A stretch of 64,000 nucleotides of DNA from the NCBI GenBank assembly GCA_002104905.1, contig MCFE01000046.1, positions 124,001-188,000 of the forward strand, written 5' to 3'. This document shows positions 11,331 through 24,053 of the stretch, piece after piece. Below the pieces are notes generated by a model. That model was given only the letters and a program-made list of their open reading frames with translations. It ran no database searches and was not told where the DNA came from. Source of the DNA: Basidiobolus meristosporus CBS 931.73. Its lineage: Eukaryota; Fungi; Basidiobolomycota. The position numbers and the translations under genes were made by a program. Within the stretch, counting starts at the first letter, position 1. Each line of letters opens with the position of its first letter.

Positions 11331-14292
11331 TATAGTCAGCATTACTCCTTTTGAAACTCAAAGATTCCAAATAAGAATCTATTTTGCAAATCCAGGCTCT
11401 TGGTGATTTTTTAAGTCCATATAGAGACTTTTTAAGCTTGCAGACCAAATGGGGGTCATCTTGATCAACAAACCCATCAGGCTGGTTCATATACATGTTG
11501 TGGTAATGTATAAGTCCAAGGGAGAGATACATCCAACACTTCTCAAGTGTTTTGTGTCTGGGATGTTCACTGGGTACAATAACCTCTGGCAAAAGCTTGC
11601 TAGGAATACTTGGGTTCTGTCTCTAATCTAATGTGATGGGGAATAAAGCCACAAGCTTGTCAAGGGAAAATTATTGAGCTGCACTCCCCAACTTAGTTGG
11701 CGTCTTAACAAAAGTATGTGCTGGGTTCAGCATCTGTTGAGATGACAATGTACTAAAGCTCCCAAAGTCAAAACAACTGTAAACTCCATCAGCAGGGACT
11801 TGATAAGAATGCAGCTGTGGTCAATAGTTACAAAGACAGAAAAGTATCTTTGCCTGTACAAGAATAAACTTGGAAAAGAATCAAATATAATAAAAGATAC
11901 CAACTCTGAGTATTCCTCACAAGTAGTGCCTCCAAGGTCAGTTTGCTGTCAGCGTGATTTCCTGGATGTGTCCTATTGTTGGGGTTGGAAGTTCAGGTAG
12001 CAGCAGGTAGCAGTGATCACACTAATCAACAAGTTGGTATATTGATAAAAGTGATGATTATTATTTGTTGAGGGATAGCCTCCCTTATATACTTTTCTTA
12101 CTGGCTAAGTGATTACTAATCATGGTGTTCCAGAAGGTTTCAGATATCAATAGATAACTTAATGACACCAGAATGACCTCCAAATGTTCTAAGTAGGTGC
12201 CAGAAGGTTCTAAGAGGTACAGCACATCCAACTAATCATGAAACAGTACTCTGAACCTGTGCAACATAGGGATACCATATATGGTATGGAAATGGTAGGG
12301 ATGGTGGCACAGGTTGTTCATATGTCACAGGTGCTGGTGTGTCTACCTGCCTATTATAGAAGCACTTACATTTAGTAATCTTACATATTGTGAGGGATAA
12401 CCTATGAAATAGGTAAGCTGGTGTAATAGTCAACTGGCTTATGGGATAGTGCTGATCAGGTAAGACAAGCGGGATAAAACTAAAATATGTGTAGTAGAGA
12501 AATAGGGAAGTAGAAAAATAGGAATGAGCACATCTGTCAGTGGGTGTCACTGTGACCCCACTGCAACATCCTGATCAAGTTCTCCATTCAAGAATGCAGT
12601 TATTGCATCCATTTGATGAATAAAAAACCTATATTTGGCTGCAATAGCCAATATTAATCTGATGGAATTAAACTTGGCTACAGGTGCAAAGGTCTCAGTA
12701 TAGTCAAGTCCTTTTGTTTGTGAGTATCCTTTGGCCACAAGTCTTGCTTTGCATTGTTCAGTGATACTATTGGCCTTGTATATAGTCATAAAGACCATCT
12801 GCATCCAATTGATTTTTGGTTAACTAGCAATTTGACTATGTTCCAAGTTTGATTTTCCATCAGAGCCTGATATTCCCCAGTCATTGCAGATTGCCAGAAC
12901 TCTTTCAGAGTGCTATTAAGGGCTTCTTTTACAACCTGGGGCTCATCAATATGGACTGAATAGGCAAAGGCTAAGTTTGTACCCTCTTTGATATAGAAAT
13001 TTAGGCTATTTCTTGTCTGGTTGGATCAGTGAGCATTTAATACTGGAATGATTACTTCTGGGATATTACTGTGCACTGACTCAGGCTGAGTCATGGTTGT
13101 CCAGTCCTCTGGAGTGAAGAAATTTTCATTGTTTTGCTAAGATTTAATCCTGACAATTGGTGGACTTGAGATCAAATATTTGTCATCATTTGATGTCATT
13201 TTTTGAAAACATCTTGAATTTTCATCAAACAACATATCTGTGGACCTGATCAGCTTCTTTGCTTTGGTATTTCAGAGTCTTTATGCTTTACTCTGATTGC
13301 AGTAGCCCAAAAATATGCATTTTATACTTTTTGGCTCAATTTTACCTGATTTACTGGCAGTTTCTTGGCATATGTTGTACACCTAAATATTCTTAGATGT
13401 TCTGCACTTGGTTAATATTCATCCCATGCTTTAAGTGGAGCAGAATCACAAATTATTTTGCCATAACTCCTTTTCTTAAAGTATACAGCTGTGGCAACCA
13501 AATTCACCCAAAAATTATAGGATAATTTTTGATCATAGATCATAGATCTTGCCACATCAATTATTGATCTGTTTGCACATTCTGCTACTCTGTGTTGCTG
13601 TGGAGAGTATGGTACAGTAGTCTCTTGCTTTATCCCATGAGTTTTGCACAAGTGGATGAAGAGTTTTGAGGTAAATTTTCCACCATTGTCAGAGTGTATT
13701 TTATTGATTTTTCACCAGTTTCTCACTCCTCAATGGCTTTGAACTCCCTGAGCTTAGTGAGAGCTACTTCCTGTCTCTCCATAAGGTAGACCCACATAAC
13801 TCTTGTATAATCATCAATAAAAGTGACTTAATACTTCATCCTGCCTAAGGATTAATTTTGCTTAAGTCCACACAGATCTGAGTGAATTAGATCTAATTTT
13901 TCTTAGTTATGAACATCCCAGAGATATTGAACAATTGTCTGGCTTGTTTCCCATACGTGCAGGCTTCATGGAGTTCCAAATCAGCTGGGGGATCAACTTT
14001 TACTCCAGGAATTAGCTAATCTGTGAGCATGTAGTGCAAATAATCAATATTGATGTGTCCAACTCTCCTGTGCAAAAGTATTGGTGTTTCTTCATTAAAG
14101 TTATTTATATTAGCTTCCAGATATGATAAAATATAAGTCACTTTATAGAGACTCTGATCTCTGATGCCCAAAGCAATATGCGCACCATTTTGATCAGTGA
14201 TCCTGCATCCAGAATTGTCAAAGCTGAAATGAGTCCTTCTGCTGTGGCCTTGCTTACAGATAGTAGGTTCTTAGCTATTTCTGGTACATAAA
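11310..14292 (-). mobile_element. Decayed copia integrase/RT segment interrupted by a 1.07-kb insertion
   Basis: LIHSDLCG-like, [61 protein letters not shown] motifs. Confidence 0.85.
11496..12568. mobile_element. Solo-LTR-like or non-autonomous insertion of a different family inside copia RT
   Basis: Splits RT ELDQDV/YMNQPDG; TGTTG...CAACA inverted termini; no coding capacity seen; TSD ambiguous. Confidence 0.5.
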
Positions 14293-14673
14293 AGACTTGT
14301 TCCATTTGATAGTGCCAAATGGTGCTATAGTGTGCTAGAGAGGCTAAGTGAGCGTATACTTGGCCACAGAGTGTGCAGCACAGCTCTGCATCTTCATGCA
14401 AAGCAGCCCCTGTGTTTCACTCATTGTGATGGAGAAAATCCATTTCTTGACCTTTTTTTTTAGGTGAATGTTGTAGAGGATGTGCAAGTGCACAAAGGGT
14501 TGAAGATATGCATCTGGTACTCAATACCCATGGCACTCTGAATCTAGCTCCTGTGGCTTGTAACATGTCACAAAAATGCATGGCACTATTTTGGTCCACT
14601 GGTACTATCCTTCACTATATTTAAATATCAACCCTAAAGTAAGATCAATACAAAGCACTTATAATGCCGGATA
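14293..14673. mobile_element. Half copy of the foldback MITE (one arm, spacer and about 15 bp of the second arm)
   Basis: Starts AGACTTGTTCCATT; colinear with the reverse complement of 2330-2724; ends just past the hairpin apex. Confidence 0.85.
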
Positions 14674-14674
14674 G

Positions 14675-15710
14675 AATTCCCTTACCAATCTATGGTGGGC
14701 AGTCTGATGCATTTTATGCTTGGAACATTTCCAGATATCTCATATTCTGTGGGAGTGGTTGGCCAGCATAATCTGAACTATGGATCTGATCATATTGCAG
14801 CAGTTGAGTGAATTTTTAGATACCAAAAAGGAGCTGTTAATATCTGCATAAGGTACACCTACAAGGATTCCAAGTCAGATCTTGTGGGATACCCTAAAGC
14901 AGATTGGGGAAGAATCTTAGAAGACAGATGATCCACCTCAGGATACACTTTTCTTTAATCTAAAAGAGCAATTTCATAAAATTCAGGAAAGCAACCAACT
15001 TTAGCACATTCTACCACAGAGGCAGAGTATATGGCAGCCTATGAAGCTACAAAGGAAGCAATGGGGCTAAGAAAGCTTTTTAAGGACTTAGTCTTATGTC
15101 AAAAAACACCTATTAAAGTATTTCAAAGTACTTGTGGATGTATACAATTAGGTAGAAATCCAGCTTTTCATGGTGGAAATAAGCACATGGATACTAGACA
15201 TCATATCATATGTAAAGCTATCAAGAGTAACTTAGCCAACTAAGTTAACTGTCCTAAAGATGAAATGATTGCAGAGCTATTTACCAAACCATTAGCTAGG
15301 GACATCTGAATCTCATAGATCACTTTGAGGATTAGTCAACATAAATATTCAGATGAGTGGGAGTGTTGTAAATATTTTCAATAGCACCTAAGTACCACCC
15401 AAATGTAGGCACTTAAATCATTATCTACAAATCTTGGAGAACAATGACCAGATTCCATGTCAGGATATACCAAGAGTATTTTCACAAAAATACCAGGCAA
15501 CTTGATCATAAAAATCCTCAGAATTGTCCAAACAGCCCCAAGCTTTTCATATGTGCTCTTGGGACCTTCCTAGGCTTGTTTATGTGTTTGTCATGCCAAG
15601 AATATAGTAGAGTATAAATACTACTTTTACACTTAGTATATTATTAAGTGGAAACCACATAATCACTTGTCCTCCAAATCACTTCCAATATCTTCAAGAC
15701 CCTTACAACC
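14675..15710 (+). mobile_element. Copia 3' end (RT tail, RNase H remnant, PPT, LTR from 15364)
   Basis: PYQSMVGSLMHF, MAAYEATKEA, LFTKPLARD; GAGTGGGAG followed by TGTTGTAAA. Confidence 0.85.
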
Positions 15711-15753
15711 GGAATTTGCTTACAATATTTTCACCAAGATATCAGGTACCTAG

Positions 15754-16102
15754 TGTTGTAAGAGTCTTGGAGATATTGGAAGTGATTGGGAGGACAAGTA
15801 GATTATGTGGTCTTCACTTAATGATTTATTGAATGTTGAAGTAGTATTTATACTTTTACATAGTGTTGGCATAGCAACCACATAGCATGGGGTGAGGAAG
15901 GTCCCAAGAACATGTGTGCAAAGTTTGGGGCTGCTTGGACAACTTTGAGAATTCTCATGTTCTGGGTACTTGGTATTTTGACAAAAATATTCAGAGTAAA
16001 TCCCAGCAAGAAATTTGGTCAGTATTCTCTAGGATTTGAATGCAATGATCTAAGTGACTAAGTTAAGTGAATATTTAGGTGGAAATACAAATTTCTACAA
16101 CA
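15754..16102 (-). repeat. 3' LTR of the full-length copia
   Basis: TG...CA termini; adjacent PPT GAGTGGGAG on - strand (16103-16111). Confidence 0.9.
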
Positions 16103-16136
16103 CTCCCACTCAGCTTAATGGTCATACCAACTAGTC

Positions 16137-19100
16137 CTAATTTGACCTAAGATATTCAAACCTGTCTCTAGCTAATGGTTTGGTAAATATGTCTGCAATC
16201 ATTTCATCTGAAGGACAGTAAACTAAGCTAACTAAGTTATTCTCAATAGCTTCACATATGAAAGGATGTCTAATATCTATGTGCTTAGTTCTGGCATGAA
16301 AAGTTGGATTTCTACCTTTTTGTGTACATCCTTGCTTATCTTGAAATAAAGTAATAGGCATTTTTTGACATAGGCCTAAATCTGTAAAAAGCTTTCTTAA
16401 CCACATTGCTTCTTTTGTAGCTTCACAAGCTGCCATATACTCTGCCTCTGTGGTAGAAAGTGCACAGTTGGTTGCTTTCTTGAGTTCCATGAAATTGCTC
16501 CTTGACAGTAAAGAAAGGTGTATCCTGTGGTGGATCTTCTGTTTTCCAAATTTTGTCCCCAATCAGCATCAGAGTATCCTACAAGTTCTTGTTCTGAGTC
16601 CTTATAAGTGTATCTTAAGCAGATATCAGCAGTTCCTTTTAGATATCTAAAAATCCGCTTAATTGCTGCAATATGATCAGATCCATAGTTCTGATTATGC
16701 TGGCTGACAACTCCCACTGAATATGAGATATCTGGATGTGTCCCAGGTATTATATTGATCAGACTGCCAAGCATTGACTGATAAGGAAAGTCTGGACTTT
16801 CTGATGGCACCAAGCTCTCTTGATTTGGTTGTGTTTTGACCAAGTTAAGGTTGGTCTCTATTGGGGTAGCTACTGGTTTACAGTCTTCCATTTTGTACTT
16901 CTTTAGTATATCTTGAATATACTTGGATTGAATTAGAGTTATAGTCTGGGTACCTCTGTCTATGGAGAACTTAATCCCCAAGTAGTTATTGAGTTCTCCT
17001 AGATTACACATCTTGAACTCCTTAGATAGGCTGGATTTAGTCTCTCTAATGTCTCTAGGTTATTGGTGGCTATAACAAGATCATCCACATACAGAGCTAA
17101 TAGTACTGTACTTGCTCTATCTGGCTTATAGCATATACTATAGTCAGCATTAGTCCATTTGAAACTCAAGGATTCCAAATAAGAATTTGTCTTGCAATTC
17201 CAGGCTCTTGGTGATTGTTCAAGACCATATAGAGACTTTTTAAGCTTGCAGACCAAATGGGGGTTATCTTGGTCAACAGGCCCATCAGGCTGGTCCATAT
17301 GAATGTCCTCATCAGGTTCACTGCTCAAGTATGCAGTTTTTACATCTATTTGATGAACAAAACAACTATACTTGGCTGCAATAGCCAACATTAATCTGAT
17401 GGAATTAAACTTGGCTACAGGTGCAAAGGACTTAGTATAGTTAAGTCCTTTTGTTTGAGAGTATCTTTTGGCCACAAGTCTTGCTTTGTATTGTCAAATG
17501 GTACCATCTGCCTTGTATTTTGTCTTAAATACCCATCTGCATCCAATTGATTTTTGATTGATTGGTAATTTGACTAAGTCCCATGTTGGATTTTCCATCA
17601 GGGCCAGATATTCTCCAGTCATTGCAGATCTCCAAAACCTTGTCTGAGGGCTATCAAGGGCCTCCTTTACAGTCTGGGACTCATCAATATGGACTGAATA
17701 GGCATAGGCCAAGTTTGCACCCTCATTGATATAGCAATTTGGGCTATTGCTTGTACAACTGGATCTCCCAGCATTTGATACTGGAATGATCACTTCTGAG
17801 ATATTCCTGGGCACTGTTTTGGGCTGAACCACAGTTGTAGAGTCCTCTGGAGTGAAAAAATTTTCATTGTTTTGCTCTGATTCAATACTGACAATTGGTG
17901 GACTGGAGATCAGATTTTTGTCATCATCTGATGTCATTTTTTGTCAGAATTTTGAATTCTCATCAAACAACACTTCCCTGGACTTGATTAGCTTCTTTGC
18001 TTTGGTATTGTAGAGTCTGAATGCTTTACTTGGATTGCAGTAGTCCAAAAATATGCATTTTATACTTTTTGGCTCAAATTTTGACTGATATCCGGGCAGT
18101 TTCTTGGCATATGCTGTACACCCAAGTACTCTTAGATGTTCTGCACTTGGTCTGTATCCATACCATGCTTCAAATGGAGTAGAAGCACAAAGTATTCTGT
18201 TATTACTCCTGTTTACAAGGTATACAGCTGTGGCAACTGATTCCACCCAAAAATCATAGGATAATTTTTGATCATGGATCATAGATCTTGCCATATCAAT
18301 TATCAATCTGTTTGCACATTCTGCTACTCCAATTTGCTGTGGGGAGTATGGTAGAGTAGTCTCTTGCTTTGTCCCATGAATTTTGCAGGAGTGGATGAAG
18401 AGTTTTGAGGTATATTTTCCACTACTGTCAGAGTGTATTTTCTTGAATTTTTTAACCAGTTTCTCTCTCCACCATGACCTTAAACTCCCTGTACTTAGAC
18501 AGAGCTTCTTCCTCTCTCTCCATGAAGTAAATTCACATGTATCTTGTATAATCACCAATAAAAGTGATTAAAAATGTCATCCCACCAAAGGATAAATTTT
18601 GCATAGGTCCACATAGATCTGAGTGAATTAGATCTAATTTTTTCTTAGTTTTGATTAACCCAGAGCTCTTGAACAGTTGTCTGGCTTGTTTCCCATATAT
18701 GCAGGCTTCAAGGTGCCTCAAATTAGCTGAGGGATCAATTTTTACTCCGGAAATCAGCTGATCTTTGATCATTTTGCGCAAATAATTTATTTGATGTGCC
18801 CAAATCTCCTGTGCTAAAGCATTGGTGTTTCTTCATTTCAGTTACTTATATTGGCTTCCAGATATGATGGAATATAAGTTAACTTGTACAGATTCCAATC
18901 TATGATACCCAAAACAATATGGGCACCATTTTGATCAATGATGTTGCATCCAGAATTGTCAAAGCTGAATTTGAGTCCTTCTGCTGTGGCCTTGCTTACA
19001 GATAATAGGTTCTTAGCTATTTCTGGTACATAAAGTACTTCTTTAAAGGTCAGTATATGGCTTCCTTCACTACTTCTTAGGCTTACTTGGATAGTTTCTT

Positions 19101-20070
19101 CTCCCACTACATCAAGTGCTCTATTGTCACCCATGAAAACCTTCCCAATTGGAATTTCTTGATATTGAGTAAAAAGATCTTTTTGGTGTGTAAAGTGTTG
19201 AGATGCTCCAGAGTCAATATACCATGCCTGAGAATTCTTGTTTGTGATGATATTTAGTGCAGATTTGAATAGTCTATCTTCAGTTGTTGCAGCATTTCCA
19301 TATTCAGGCTTTTTCTGCTGACTATCCCTCTTTTTGAAGCATTGGTCTGATGTGTGTCCTTTCCTTTTAGAGTAATTGCAAAACAAGTTGCTATTGCCTT
19401 TAAAAGGCCCTGGGTACCTCCTTTGCTGGTTATTGTTGCTTATTAAAGCATTTTCTTCTTCCTTCTTGTTGGTGCTTGATGTTCTTAATTCTTCATCAAA
19501 GAGCCTTCCATATACATAATTTAAGGTCAAATCTTCAGTACTGGACTCTAGGGCCAATACAAGGCCATGAAGCTTGTCTGTCAGGTTATTCAGGATGGTT
19601 ACTTTCACATCCTCATCAGTAGTTGGTACACCCACAGATTTCATCTCATCTACCAGCAGGGCAATTATGTTAATTATATTTTTCATTTGTTCTCCTGGAA
19701 GCCTCTTGGGAGTAGGGAATTTTTGTCTCAGATACACTTTCTTTACAGCTGAACATGACTGGTAGGTGTCTTCTAATGCCTTCCAGGCATTCTTTGCTGT
19801 TTTTGCTCCTGAGCATTGAATTAGCAATTTGTCTTTAACATTAAGGCAAATGCTGTTAAGGGCACTTTGTTCTTTCTTCTGGTACTTTAAGGCTTCCTCT
19901 CCCATGCTTTTGGGAGGGCATTCTTCTCCCATGACAATATCCCAAATGCCTCTTTCTTTTAGCAGCATCTTCATCTTCACCTTTCACACTTGGTAGTTAG
20001 ATCCATCCAACTTTTCAGCAGAGGGAAAAATTCCAGTAATAGCAATAGGAGACATTGCAGAGTGTGACAG
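16137..20070 (-). pseudogene. Copia gag-pol with frameshifts and stops
   Basis: Gag with CNYSKRKGHTSDQC knuckle, protease WYIDSGASQH, LIHSDLCGP, PQQIGVAECANR, YVDDLVI, GYSDADWG, ADIFTKPL. Confidence 0.92.
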
Positions 20071-20074
20071 CTTG

Positions 20075-20086
20075 GGGCTCATAACC
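20075..20086 (-). promoter_or_regulatory. Primer-binding site complementary to the tRNA-iMet anticodon stem-loop
   Basis: GGTTATGAGCCC directly after the LTR, complementary to GGGCUCAUAACC of initiator tRNA. Confidence 0.85.
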
Positions 20087-20418
20087 TGTTGTAAGAGTCT
20101 TGGAGATATTGGAAGTGATTGGGAGAACAAGTAGATTATGTGGTTTTCACTAAATGATTTATTGAGTGTAAAAGTAGTATTTATACTTTTACATGGTCTT
20201 GGCTTAACAAACAAGTAGAATTGGTTAAGGGAGGTCCCATGAACATGTGTGCAAAGTTTGGAACTGTTTGGACAACTTTGAGAATTTTCATGTTCTGGGT
20301 AAATATTCTAAGTAAATCCTAACAAGGAATTTGGTCAGTATTCTCCAGAATTTGAAGGTAATGATCTAAGTGACTAAGTTAGGTGAATATTTAGGTGGAA
20401 TTACAAATTTCTACAACA
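20087..20418 (-). repeat. 5' LTR of the full-length copia
   Basis: Homologous to 15754-16102; followed on - strand by the PBS. Confidence 0.9.
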
Positions 20419-21418
20419 CCCAGAACATGAAAATTCTCAAAGTTGTCCAAACGGTCCCAAACTTTGCACACATGTTCATGGGACCTCCCTTAACCAATTC
20501 TATTTGTTTGTTAAGCCAAGATCATGTAAAAGTATAAGTACTACTTTTACATTTGATAAAGCAATAAGTTATAACCACATGATCAACTTGTTCTTCAGAT
20601 CACTCCCAATATCTCCAGGACTCATACAACATATTTATGCCTTTGAGGCATACTTTATCACTTTTGCTCATGAGCATTGAATTAGCAATTTGCCTTTGAC
20701 ATTTAGGCAAATACAGTCAAAGGCACTTTGTTCTTTCTTGTTGTTCTGTAAGGCTTCTCCTACTGCATCTTTAGGAGGACATTCTTCCCCCATGACAACA
20801 TCCCCAAGGTCTCTTTGCTGCAGCAGTAACTTCATCCTCACCTTGCACACTTGGTAGTTAGATCCATCCAACTTTTCAGCAGAGGGGAAAATTCCAGTAA
20901 TAGCAGTGGCGGACAATGCAGGGAGAGACAGCTTGGAGCTCATAGCCTGTGGTAAGAGTTTTGGGGATATTGGAAGTAATTGGGAGAACAAGTGGTTTAT
21001 GTGGTTTTCACTTAATGATTTATTGAATGTAAAAGAGTTTTTCTACTTTTGCATGGCCATGACAAAACAGGTTGTAAAAGTTTGTGATTCCACCTAGATA
21101 TTCACTCAACTTGTTCACTTAGATCATTGTCTACAAATCTTAGTGAATACTGACCAAATTCCTTGCTGGGATCTACATGAAATATTTTCACCAAAAACAT
21201 CAGGTACCCAGAACATGGAAAATTCTCAAAGCTGTCCAAACAGCCCCAAGCTTTACACACATGTTCTTGGGACCTCCCTAAACATATTTTATGCGTTTTT
21301 ATGCCAAGACCATGAAAAAGTATAAATCCTACTATCACATTCCATAAATCATTAAGTGAAAACCACATAATCTACTTGTGCTCCCAATCACTTCCAATAT
21401 CTCCAAGACTCTTACAAC
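20419..21418. mobile_element. Stack of same-family copia LTR pieces and a gag 5' fragment
   Basis: Host LTR remainder 20419-20630; gag AEKLDGSNYQV on - strand 20668-20940; + LTR ending CTCTTACAACA at about 21418. Confidence 0.85.
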
Positions 21419-22282
21419 ACAATCAGGCACGGAATCAAAAGGAATGAATAGTATATTGCCACGGCAATCATCCTGACCTTCCCTACCAAGCTTTTGGTGG
21501 AAGTGGAACTCCTCAGGTGGGCAAATAAGTGTAGGAGTATGCAGTCTGTACACTGGCTTGACCAGACTAACCAAAGTGGGAAGCTTCATTGGAATGATCA
21601 ATATGGGAATGTGGTTGAGCACCGGTAGAACTACCCCTTGGAGTAGCAGAAGTCCGGGAAGTTTTCCAACATCACAACCCCAATTGGGAGGATTTTACTC
21701 TCTCCTCAGCCAGGTGTGAATTCTCTATGGGGATCACCTATGGCTCATCAGGTGCCAAACCGACTGCCCATCACCTTTCTTGGCCCAGCTAGGGCCCCGG
21801 GGGACGAATGCGTAGCAGAGGCCAGGGAGCTTCAAGGAACCCCGCTTTTGCCGCAAACGAATCAGATATGGGCATTTCTGGAGTGGGGGGGGAAGATTTG
21901 GGGATTTATTTATTTATTATTTAGACCGAATAGGGTGAGGTGGTAGGTGCGTATTTGGATATAGATATGTATATGGTTGTGGTAGTGGTGGTGGTGATAG
22001 AAATGGATCGAGTCGACCCGCTTGGCATGTATGGAATCAAACTGTGCATAGGGTTGGGGGATTGACAAGGATGGGTCTGTACTCGCCCAATGTTGGCGGC
22101 TGTTGCGTCCTGGTGGACCGATTTGGGCGAATGGGAATCTCTAGCCGCTCGCCCAAGCTGAACCCAACGCCAAACCAGAGCCTGGGCTCGACCTATTCGT
22201 GGCATTCCCAGCACCGTAATGTGGGACTCCGGGCGGATGGGACCACCGGTGCGGTGGATCGAATGGGGGGGGTGGATGCTTG

Positions 22283-23516
22283 TTAGGAGACCGGCCTCGC
22301 TTGGTTGGAAGCCCGTTTCGAGGAGGTCCTTCTGGGATATGCGCTACCAACCATCGAGGAGGTGGACCCGTGCGCACTGTCGGGCAACTTGTGGACCACG
22401 CAGGCCAATGGGAACGCACCCTCTCCACCACGGGTGACATTCCGGCCCACCGCCCAGCCATCGTCGAACATCCACAACACCAGTATACTGTCGCCCGGCT
22501 CGATACATAGCTCGTCCGCCATGGTGGGGGAGTACGGGAACTCGCACACGCACTCGTTGACCGAAGAGACCGCCGAGTTGACCCTCAGCGTGCTGGTCGA
22601 CGGCTTGGCAGCGTCCGGCTTCGGGAGCTCGCGCTGGGCCCGGTCGATCCTTCTCCGCTTGAGGAACAGGGCGATCCCTGCGATGAGACCGATCCCGCCC
22701 AGACAACCGAACACGATCGAGCACACGAGAATGGTGAGATCCCTGGGGCTGGATTCGGCCGGACACACCATCGCATTGCTGGAGCGGCAGCACGGGTCGG
22801 CCGAGAATTTACAGAAGGAGCAGAGGTAGGGGAGCTGAAGGGGGAGCAGGAAACCTGACCCGAGCAGAAGCGACGGTTAATAAAGACATGCCATGCGAGG
22901 CGAACACGGGAACTTTCTACATACCACACGTTCTCTCCTGCTCCTCGGAGCCGTCGATGCACTGACCCACCGTACCGTTGAATGGGGTGACGTCGCACCA
23001 GGCCAGCAGGTTCGCCATCTTCCTGTCCTCCTCTTCCACCGGCGCTGGACAGGCGGTCTCGTTTCGGATGACCGTCTCCCAGCCCCGGGTGTACTGCTGG
23101 CAGGTCCCTTTACAGAGAGGAGGGATGGGGTTGGCCTGGTTGCATATCGAGGTGCTTTCGTCCATAAGAATACCCCGACAGGTGAAGCTGGACCGATACG
23201 GCGGCTCGTAAGTCCCGTCCCAACCCGAGCCACCTTGGCAGCCGAACCTGTCGTTGATGTCTTTCACGTCCGAGGGCGAGCCGAAGTAGAAGCTCATGGC
23301 TCGGTCGAAGGCGGTGACGTCCGTGGTGGGTATGCCGTTGACGATGGTCTTACTGGAGATGAGGTACTCCCCGAAGCTGGCCCCGCAGAAGTGGGAGTCC
23401 TTCAGGCTGAAGCAATCGGGTTTGGCGGGGGGGAGGGGCAACGGCTCCGGCAGGGAGACGGTCTGGGCGTGGGAAAGGGTGAACAGGAGGGGGAGGAAGG
23501 GGAATAGACTCGGCAT
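22283..23516 (-). CDS. Single-pass membrane protein: signal peptide, Cys-rich ectodomain, TM helix, cytoplasmic SH3 (2 exons)
   Basis: MPSLFPFLPLLFTLSHA signal; multiple Cys incl. PPLCKGTC and DPCC; TM ILVCSIVFGCLGGIGLIAGIALFL-KRRR; SH3 PYSPTMADEL.I.PGD....FDDGW.VG.N.....GAFPL.CV; intron about 22851-22919. Confidence 0.85.
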
Positions 23517-24053
23517 GCTCTACTGGGGAGTTCGGTGGACAGGATCTGCTTGGTTGGAGGAATGCTTCATTCGACAAGAGACCCGTGAAGGCTGGCCAAG
23601 GAGGCGATTGCGTTGTGGAGAAGAAATTAAGCTATTTTTCAGAAACATGGACAATACCGGTTTTGGCTCAGTGGAAGTTTCCCAAACAAATAGATCGCAC
23701 CCACTTTAATGAAGACCACATGACCTGATTCATCGAAGATTCCATTCAGCCTCGTCAGCAAAGCTTATTTTTGTCAGCCTAAGGGCAGCCATCCCCATCC
23801 CCATCTCCGTCGCCGTCGCCATTGCCATTCCATTGTCGGTGGGTGGGAACTGCGGCCAACCTAGCCCATGCGGCCCACGCGGCAAATACGGGCATTTAGG
23901 GATTGGGAAGCAGGAATTGAGAATTGGGAATTGGGAGTGAAGAAAGCTTTTATTAATCACATGCTTGGAGATGAACGTTGTTGAGAATGAATTGATGGGG
24001 TTATATATCTATATATAATTTCGGGTGATAGACAGGGATGCTAGCAATGGCGC

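Larger units (their letters stand above)
15754..20418 (-). mobile_element. Full-length (4.67 kb) decayed Ty1/copia LTR retrotransposon, Hemivirus-type
   Basis: LTRs 15754-16102 and 20087-20418 (TGTTG...CAACA); 5-bp TSD CCTAG/CCCAG; PBS GGTTATGAGCCC; PPT; gag-PR-INT-RT-RH order. Confidence 0.95.

Noticed and set aside
1-21400. Classical ascomycete RIP as the cause of AT richness
   Set aside because: CpA and TpG are abundant and the visible paired changes are at CpG.
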